In this document: positions 58,098-64,000 of the stretch, piece by piece
How positions within the stretch are numbered: the stretch's first letter is position 1
Layout: the number at the start of each line of letters is the position of its first letter
Source: Polyangiales bacterium
GTDB taxonomy: Bacteria; Myxococcota_A; Polyangia; Polyangiales; JADJQN01
NCBI GenBank assembly: GCA_964202905.1
Contig: CAXNJO010000014.1
Coordinates: 20,844-84,843 of the forward strand
DNA: 64,000 nt
Direction of reading: 5' to 3'
Translations under genes and position numbers: made by a program
Notes under the pieces: model-generated
Told to the model about the DNA's origin: nothing
Seen by the model: only the letters and a program-made list of their open reading frames with translations
The model's database searches: none

Positions 58098-59000
58098 TCA
58101 ATCCTGCTGCGTCTGCTGCGCGGGTAGGAAACCACGGAGATTGCGATCGATGTTGCGGCAGATGTCGTCGAGGGGCAGGTCGTTGTCGTCCGTACCAAAA
58201 GGGTCCTCGATCTCCACGCCGATCTCTTCGATGCCGAGGAGCGTGTAGGCAATCGCCGCGGTCGCGACGATCGTGCCGTAGCCGAACACCGGCAAGAGCG
58301 CGAAGGGCAGCGTCACGCAGTAGAGAAGCAGCGCGCGGCGCAGGTGCACGACGTACGCGAAGGGCAGCGGCGTCCCGCGGATCCGCTCGCAGGCGCCGAG
58401 GTAGTCGACCAGTTCTTTCACGTTCGCGTCGAGGGCCATCTGCTGCACGTCCGTGATCACGCCGCGCGCCTGGGCCTCCGCGATCACGGCGCTGATCTCG
58501 CGCGCGACGGCGAGCGGTGGGTGCAGCGCGCGCTCGATCGCGGCGGTCTCGTCGTTGGGCAGCGCGCCCTTGCCGGGGCCGAGGTTCTTCTCGCCGCGCA
58601 GGTGGAACATCGTCGCCCACGCGAACGCGATGGTCCACCGCACGAGGCGGGCGACGAGCAAGGGCTCCTTCTCGAGGAGCACGCTCGCGCCGCGCACGAG
58701 GTTGCGCGTCTCGTTGACGATCGAGCCCCACTGCTTGCGGCCCTCCCAGAAGCGGTCGTAGGAGGCGTTGGTGCGAAAGACGAGGAGCAGGCCGAGCGCG
58801 ACGCCGATCAGCGAGTGCGCGCGCTCGCTCATCGCGAGCTCGACGTGCTCGTGGTGCAGCACGGTGATGATCGCCGCGACCCCGACGCAGAAGAGCACGC
58901 GGTACATGATCACGCGCACCATCGAGCCGCGGATGTCGAAGAAGTGCGTCCGCCACTTGTGGGGGTCGTAGTTGATCACGCGGTCGATTTTATACGCCAT
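58098..59000 (-). CDS. Bestrophin family (YneE-like) ion channel
   Basis: FRTNASYDRFWEGRKQWG, CERIRGTPLPFAY, EIEDPFGTDDNDLPLD. Confidence 0.93.
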   Translation of the reverse strand: MAYKIDRVINYDPHKWRTHFFDIRGSMVRVIMYRVLFCVGVAAIITVLHHEHVELAMSERAHSLIGVALGLLLVFRTNASYDRFWEGRKQWGSIVNETRNLVRGASVLLEKEPLLVARLVRWTIAFAWATMFHLRGEKNLGPGKGALPNDETAAIERALHPPLAVAREISAVIAEAQARGVITDVQQMALDANVKELVDYLGACERIRGTPLPFAYVVHLRRALLLYCVTLPFALLPVFGYGTIVATAAIAYTLLGIEEIGVEIEDPFGTDDNDLPLDDICRNIDRNLRGFLPAQQTQQD

Positions 59001-59063
59001 CGCGGCGCGCCCGGACCATCGCAGTGCGTGCGCGTGCGTCACGCGCGCGGTAAGGCTCGGCGC

Positions 59064-59447
59064 GTGGCGCCCAGCTTCGACGACGACGAGCGCATCGCGC
59101 TGCTCCGGCGGCACGTGGCGTTCATGGAAGGGCAATGCGCGGAGCTCGAGCGCGCCTGGGAGCGCGTGCCGCGGCTGGCGGTCGTGGTGCTGTTCGCGAT
59201 CCCCGCGTGGATCGTCTGGGGCCTCGGCGCCGCGGTCATCGTGGTCGCGCTCACCGGCGCGCTGATCGTGACAGGCGCCTACCTCACCGGTGTCCGCCGC
59301 GGCTGGGCGAAGTCGGAGCTCGCGAACACGCGGCGCGACCTCGCACGCCTCGAAGGGCCGCGCCGCGAGATGGCGCCGCCCGGCAAGACGCCGCCGGGCA
59401 AGGCGCAGCCCGGCCAATCGCCGCCCGGCCACGCGCGCGGCCGCTGA
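59064..59447 (+). CDS. Small hypothetical 2-TM membrane protein
   Basis: GTG start; two hydrophobic segments; C-terminal PPGKT/PPGKA/QPGQS/PPGHA repeats; GC3-rich. Confidence 0.6.
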   Translation: MAPSFDDDERIALLRRHVAFMEGQCAELERAWERVPRLAVVVLFAIPAWIVWGLGAAVIVVALTGALIVTGAYLTGVRRGWAKSELANTRRDLARLEGPRREMAPPGKTPPGKAQPGQSPPGHARGR

Positions 59448-59499
59448 CGGCGCCGCGCGACGGGCGTCCGCACGCCGAACGCGCGCGGCGTCTGCGCCT

Positions 59500-60525
59500 T
59501 CAGCGCGCGGGCAGCGCGTCGATCCATGCGCGCACGGCGGCCACGCCCGCCTCGTCGACGCGCTGTGTGCCGAGCGGGGGCATCTGCGCGTCCGACGCGC
59601 GCTGCGTCATGCGCCATACGAGGAGGCTCGCGTCCGAGCGCCCCGGCACGATCTGCGCGGTGACCGCGGGGGGCGCGCCGACGTACGCCACCGCACGATC
59701 GACCGCCGCGTACGCGCTCGCGTCCTCCGCGCGTGCGAGGCCGACGTCGACGCGGAGGCGCAGCTCGCCCGGCGCGCGCTCGCCGCGGTGGCACCCGCCG
59801 CAGTTCGCGTGCAGCTGGCCGAGCGCCGCCTGCGTGGTCGCGTCGCCGGGGATCTGCGCGTCCGCGGGCGCGATCGGGGCCGAGAGCCGGCCCTCGGCGA
59901 CGAGCATGGCCAGCGTGACGCCGGGGCCTTCGTGCGCGAGCTGCACCGCCCCGAAGCCGAGCGCGAGATCCACGGCCGCGCGGTGACACGCGCCGCATTG
60001 CGCGCGCGAGGGCACGTCGTGCGGCGTGCCGAGCGCGTCGGCGAGGCCAGCCGTCTCCTCGCGGACCGCGCGCTGCGTCTCGTCCCACACCCACGTCGTG
60101 GCGGTCCAGCTCGAGAGGCCGGGCTCCGGATCCGTCTTCTCGAGGAGGCGCGTCTCGAGACGGATTCCGTCGAGGGAGAACTCCTTGTAAAGACGGGTCC
60201 CGACGGGGAAGACCCACTCGTCCGGGTCGGTCGTGTCGATGACCGCGCCCTCGGGCAGGTACACCCAGCGTCCCTTCGCCGCGCCATCGGACCAGAGCGC
60301 ATGGCGCGGCGCGTAGGGGCGGACCCCTTCCGCGAGCGTGGCGCACGAGCCCGCTGCATAGAGCCCCGGCGGCCCCTCGCACGGGCCCTCGAGCGGCGGG
60401 GGCGGCGCGTCCGCGTCGCACGCCGCGAACGCGAAGCCGAGCAGCGCGGCGAGTGGCCACGCAGGTGGAGGCACGCGGGCCGCCAAGCCCGCGCGCGACG
60501 CATCCCGCCGGGGCCGCGCGCTCAT
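59500..60525 (-). CDS. Diheme c-type cytochrome lipoprotein (SO2930-like)
   Basis: Lipobox FAAC; LWSDGA.K.RW, FPVGT..KEF, LETRL; CGACH and CGGCH; QMPPLG. Confidence 0.8.
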   Translation of the reverse strand: MSARPRRDASRAGLAARVPPPAWPLAALLGFAFAACDADAPPPPLEGPCEGPPGLYAAGSCATLAEGVRPYAPRHALWSDGAAKGRWVYLPEGAVIDTTDPDEWVFPVGTRLYKEFSLDGIRLETRLLEKTDPEPGLSSWTATTWVWDETQRAVREETAGLADALGTPHDVPSRAQCGACHRAAVDLALGFGAVQLAHEGPGVTLAMLVAEGRLSAPIAPADAQIPGDATTQAALGQLHANCGGCHRGERAPGELRLRVDVGLARAEDASAYAAVDRAVAYVGAPPAVTAQIVPGRSDASLLVWRMTQRASDAQMPPLGTQRVDEAGVAAVRAWIDALPAR

Positions 60526-61205
60526 GGCGTGGGCGCTGCCGCGGGGGGCGGGTTCGGCGAGGCGGCGCGCCCGTCACGCATGCGCGCGAGCTGGCCGGCG
60601 AGCCCCGCGTGAATGCGGCGCACCTCGGCGAGGCGGCCGCGGCGCAGGCGCGCGCCGTCGATGTCGCCGATGCGCTCGGCCTCCGCGAGCGCCGTCTCGA
60701 GACGCCGGATCTGTGCCTCCTGCCCCGCGACCATCCCCTCCATCCCGTCGAGCCGCTCCTCGGCCACCGAAGGTCGCGGCCCCGTCGCGCCTGGCCCGGC
60801 GGGCGCGAGCACGTCCGCGATGGGCACCGCGAGGTGCACGGCCCGGAGCGCGCGCACCGCGTTCGGCACGAGCGGCATGAGGGGCGGTGGCGCCACGCCG
60901 ACCGCCGACCCTTCGTCCGCGCGGGGCGCTTCGCCGACGGGCGCGGCCAGCGGGTCGAGGGCGCCGGGCACCGCGCGCGCCGCGGGGGCGGTCGGCGACG
61001 CCGCAGGCTGTACGTCCGGCGCGGGCGCCTCGCGCGGGGGCGCCTCGAAGGGCTGCGCCTCGGAGGGCTGCACGTCCGGGGCCGGCGGCTCGGGCAGCGG
61101 CGCGGAGACCGAGGGCCGCATCGCGACGAGCACCACGACGCCCGCCGCGAGCAGCAGGGCACCCGCGATCGACCAGAGGATCACGCCCTGACGGCCTTGC
61201 GACAT
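60522..61205 (-). CDS. Hypothetical membrane-anchored Pro/Ala-rich protein
   Basis: N-terminal TM; APDVQP repeat; coiled-coil C-terminus; stop overlaps cytochrome ATG. Confidence 0.6.
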   Translation of the reverse strand: MSQGRQGVILWSIAGALLLAAGVVVLVAMRPSVSAPLPEPPAPDVQPSEAQPFEAPPREAPAPDVQPAASPTAPAARAVPGALDPLAAPVGEAPRADEGSAVGVAPPPLMPLVPNAVRALRAVHLAVPIADVLAPAGPGATGPRPSVAEERLDGMEGMVAGQEAQIRRLETALAEAERIGDIDGARLRRGRLAEVRRIHAGLAGQLARMRDGRAASPNPPPAAAPTP

Positions 61206-61271
61206 TGGGGGCGAGCCTAGCAACTCCGGCGCGCTCGCCAACTCCCTGCGCGCTCCCTACAGTGCGCCCGC

Positions 61272-62606
61272 ATGCAGCGCCCCCGCAGCCCCGAGCCGAG
61301 GCCCACCCCCGCAGCCGGCCTCGGCGCAGGCGCGCTCCCGCTCGGCCCGCGTGTCGCATCGATCCTCGAGGTCGCGTACCGCGCGCGCCGTCCCGTCCTG
61401 CTCGAGGGCCCGACGGGGATCGGCAAGTCGGAGCTCGTCGCGCACGTCGCGCGCACGCTCGGTGTCGCCCACCTCGTGCTCGATCTCTCGCTGCTCGAGC
61501 CACCCGACCTCGTCGGCCTACCCATCATCGAAGATGGTCGCACGCGCTATGCGTTGCCGCGCTTCCTCCCGCGGGACGGCGCGGGGATCCTCATGCTCGA
61601 GGAGCTCAACCGCGCCGAGCGCTACATCCAGCAGCCCGCGTTGCAATTGCTCACGGCGCGCGCGCTGCACGAGTACGTTCTGCCCGAGGGCTGGGCCTGC
61701 TTCGCGGCCATCAACCCCGAGACGGGCGACTACCAGGTCACACCGCTCGACGCCGCGCTGCGCGCGCGCTTTCTGAACGTTCCCGTGCGGGCCGACCGTG
61801 CGGCCTGGCTCGCGTGGGCGGGCGCACACGGCGTGCACCCCGCGGTCACCACGCTGGTGCGCGCGCACGAGCGCGCGTTCGCGGAGGTCTCGCCGCGCTC
61901 GTTCACCTACGCGTCGGACATGCTGCTCGCGATGCGCCTGCACGAGCTCGCCGATGCGGCCCTCGTCCGCGACGTGCTCGGGGGCTATCTGCCGGAGGTG
62001 TGGGTCGAGGCGCTGGTCGCGGGGGGCGCGCTCGGGGCGCGGCCGCTCGAGCTCGACGTGCACGAGCTGCTCGAGGGCTACACGCCGAAGAGCGCCTACG
62101 CCGAGCGGCTCCGCGCGTGGCGGCAGCGTGGCGAGACGGATCAGCTCGACGAGCTCGTCGCGCGGCTCTGCACGGTGCTCGCCGGCCCGGAGTGCGGCGT
62201 GCTCGCGGTGCAGCGCAAGCTCACCCTCGCCACGCTCGAGGCGCTCTTCGCGGATCTGCCGGGCGATCTGCGCGAGCGCGCGCAGGAGGCGCTCGGCGGC
62301 AACCCCACCGCGTGCCCGCTCCTCGACGTGCGCCCCGAAGAGGTGCTCACGAACTGGGGCCAGAGCGCCGCGATGCAGCGCGTCGCCGAATGGAAGGCAC
62401 AGCCCGTGCGGCACCACCGCATGGCGCTGCTGGTGACGGCCGTGCGCGCGCACGTGCTCGCGCCGCACAACACCGAAACGCTGCGGAAATCGAACGCGCA
62501 GCGGCTCTCGCTCGGGCACTTCCTCGTGCAGTGCGGCGAGCGCTTCGGGCTCCCGCTCGTCGAGGCGTTGCAGAAGATCGGCGTCACGCCGATCCGTCCC
62601 GCGTGA
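61272..62606 (+). CDS. MoxR-like AAA+ ATPase with C-terminal extension
   Basis: Walker A GPTGIGKS, Walker B LMLEELNRA, AAINP, LDAALRARF, SPRS. Confidence 0.88.
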   Translation: MQRPRSPEPRPTPAAGLGAGALPLGPRVASILEVAYRARRPVLLEGPTGIGKSELVAHVARTLGVAHLVLDLSLLEPPDLVGLPIIEDGRTRYALPRFLPRDGAGILMLEELNRAERYIQQPALQLLTARALHEYVLPEGWACFAAINPETGDYQVTPLDAALRARFLNVPVRADRAAWLAWAGAHGVHPAVTTLVRAHERAFAEVSPRSFTYASDMLLAMRLHELADAALVRDVLGGYLPEVWVEALVAGGALGARPLELDVHELLEGYTPKSAYAERLRAWRQRGETDQLDELVARLCTVLAGPECGVLAVQRKLTLATLEALFADLPGDLRERAQEALGGNPTACPLLDVRPEEVLTNWGQSAAMQRVAEWKAQPVRHHRMALLVTAVRAHVLAPHNTETLRKSNAQRLSLGHFLVQCGERFGLPLVEALQKIGVTPIRPA

Positions 62607-63865
62607 ACCGCGACTCCGCCGCGCGCGCCGCCACGCTCGAGGCCCACGATCTCGCGCCGTGGCTCGCGCGCTTCGTGCGCGAGGAGGGCTTTCTCGCGCG
62701 CTATCCGTACTACGCGCACGTGCTCGCGGGGCTCGTGCCCGTCGCCGATCCGAGCGTGCCGACGATGGGGCTCTCGCTGCACGGCGCGCCCGGACGCGGC
62801 GGCCGCTACTACCTGCACGTCAACGTCGCGTACTTCCAGCGCGAGCCGCAGTTCCTCCGCGGGATTTTGCTCCACGAGGTGCACCACGCCGTGCTCGGTC
62901 ACCTCGCGCACCCCAAGTTCTTCGGGGCCGAGCGGCCCGAGCTGATGCTGCTCGCGCAGGAGACGAGCGCGAACGAGCACCTCGAGGAGCCCCTGCCCTC
63001 GCCCGTGCGCTGGCAGCACTTCGAGCACCTCGGCCTCCGCGCGGGGCAGAGCACGCTCGAGCGCTATGCCCTGCTCTGCGAGGCCGAGGCGGAGGGCGCA
63101 CAGCCCGTGCCCAAGCGCGACACGCGCCTCGTCGACGAGCACGCGTGGCGCACGCAGCCCGCACCGCCCGCGGGCGGCGTGCAGCAGACCCGTCAGTTGA
63201 TCGAGCGCGCGCGCGACGAGGGCGCCGCCGACGCCGAGCGCGTGACCGCGGGTCGGCCGGAGACCGCGACGATCGCCGGCCAGAGCCCCGACGCGCTGCT
63301 CCTCGCGCTCGGCGGCGGTTCGGACGCGCCGGCGCACTTCGTGGACTGGCGCGCCGCGCTCCGCGCCCTCGTCGCGCAGGCCCGCGCGCCCGTGCACACG
63401 TGGTCGCGCCCGAGCCGCCGCTTCCCCGCGCGCATCGGCGAGCTGCCGGGCCGCACGTACCAGCTCCGCGGCGTCGCGCGCCCCGGGCTGCTCGTCGCGA
63501 TCGACACCTCGCTCAGCATGAGCCCCGCGGAGCTCCGCGAGATCGCGCGGCAGCTGCGTCCCCTCGCCGAGCACGCGCGCCTCGTCATCGCGGAGTGCGA
63601 CGCCGCGATCGCGCGCGTCTACCCCTTCACGGGCACGCTCGAGGACGTGAAGGGTCGTGGCGGCACCGACCTGCGCCCCGTCTTCGAGCCCCGCTTCCTG
63701 CGCGCGCACGGCGCCGATGGTGTCGTGTATTTCACCGACGGCGACGGCCCCTACCCCGCGCAGCCGCCCCCCGTGCCGACGCTCTGGGCGCTCACGAAAC
63801 CCCACGATTTCAAGTGTCCATGGGGCCACCGCGCCCTCTTGCACCGGCCCGCGGCGAAGCGCTGA
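62603..63865 (+). CDS. DUF2201-family putative metallopeptidase with vWA-like domain
   Basis: GTG overlapping ATPase stop; LLHEVHH (HExxH); RPSRR; IDTSLSM MIDAS; GRGGTDLRP; YFTDG. Confidence 0.85.
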   Translation: MNRDSAARAATLEAHDLAPWLARFVREEGFLARYPYYAHVLAGLVPVADPSVPTMGLSLHGAPGRGGRYYLHVNVAYFQREPQFLRGILLHEVHHAVLGHLAHPKFFGAERPELMLLAQETSANEHLEEPLPSPVRWQHFEHLGLRAGQSTLERYALLCEAEAEGAQPVPKRDTRLVDEHAWRTQPAPPAGGVQQTRQLIERARDEGAADAERVTAGRPETATIAGQSPDALLLALGGGSDAPAHFVDWRAALRALVAQARAPVHTWSRPSRRFPARIGELPGRTYQLRGVARPGLLVAIDTSLSMSPAELREIARQLRPLAEHARLVIAECDAAIARVYPFTGTLEDVKGRGGTDLRPVFEPRFLRAHGADGVVYFTDGDGPYPAQPPPVPTLWALTKPHDFKCPWGHRALLHRPAAKR

Positions 63866-64000
63866 GAGGCCGCGCGACGCGATCCCAATCAACCATTCGA
63901 ACCCGTCACATGACGACGACCGGGAAACTCCGCGCCCACAGATTCCCAGAGGCATCAGTCAATCGCAGACTGAGGGTTACCGTCGTTCCGCGCGCACACG

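Noticed and set aside
60887..62602. N-terminal 570 aa of the 992-aa ORF
   Set aside because: Arg/Ala-rich off-frame shadow of the AAA ATPase; the real gene starts at GTG 62603
63880..64000. Possible CRISPR leader/repeat start or IS end (…CTGAGGGTTAC CGTCGTTCCGCGCGCACACG)
   Set aside because: Single occurrence at the window edge, no repeat unit or cas genes visible, and only GTAACC shared with the IS66 IR

Overview
High-GC bacterial chromosome segment, most consistent with a myxobacterium (Myxococcota, Polyangiales/Sandaracinaceae-like). The evidence is a MYXO-CTERM-like protein, an FHA-GGDEF protein, a Ser/Thr kinase, GGT-type EF-Tu and lineage-type S12/L17 insertions. 1-3.8 kb: rpmE-DUF1385-prfA(partial), acylphosphatase and a HEAT/TPR-like protein. 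3.8-5.9 kb: a decayed IS66 tnpC abutting an internally deleted IS66 with intact terminal IRs. 6.1-23.1 kb (minus strand): the str-S10-spc-alpha supercluster (rpsL to rplQ), which lacks fusA, rplC and map and carries a non-canonical switch-I EF-Tu, a strongly divergent IF-1 and an internal promoter before rplV. 23.4-49.8 kb: signalling, transport and secreted-enzyme genes, including a LivK-LivH fusion ABC transporter split by an aldo-keto reductase gene. 49.9-57.2 kb: a cbb3 oxidase operon in genuine pseudogenisation. 57.4-59.0 kb: a bestrophin plus beta-carbonic anhydrase pair. 59-64 kb: a diheme cytochrome c lipoprotein and a MoxR-like AAA ATPase plus DUF2201 HEXXH/vWA pair. About ten genes have a TAnnnT-type -10 box 6-9 nt before the start codon and no SD, suggesting widespread leaderless mRNAs. 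Several single-base indels in otherwise intact genes look like assembly errors. No tRNA, rRNA or CRISPR array was recognised.
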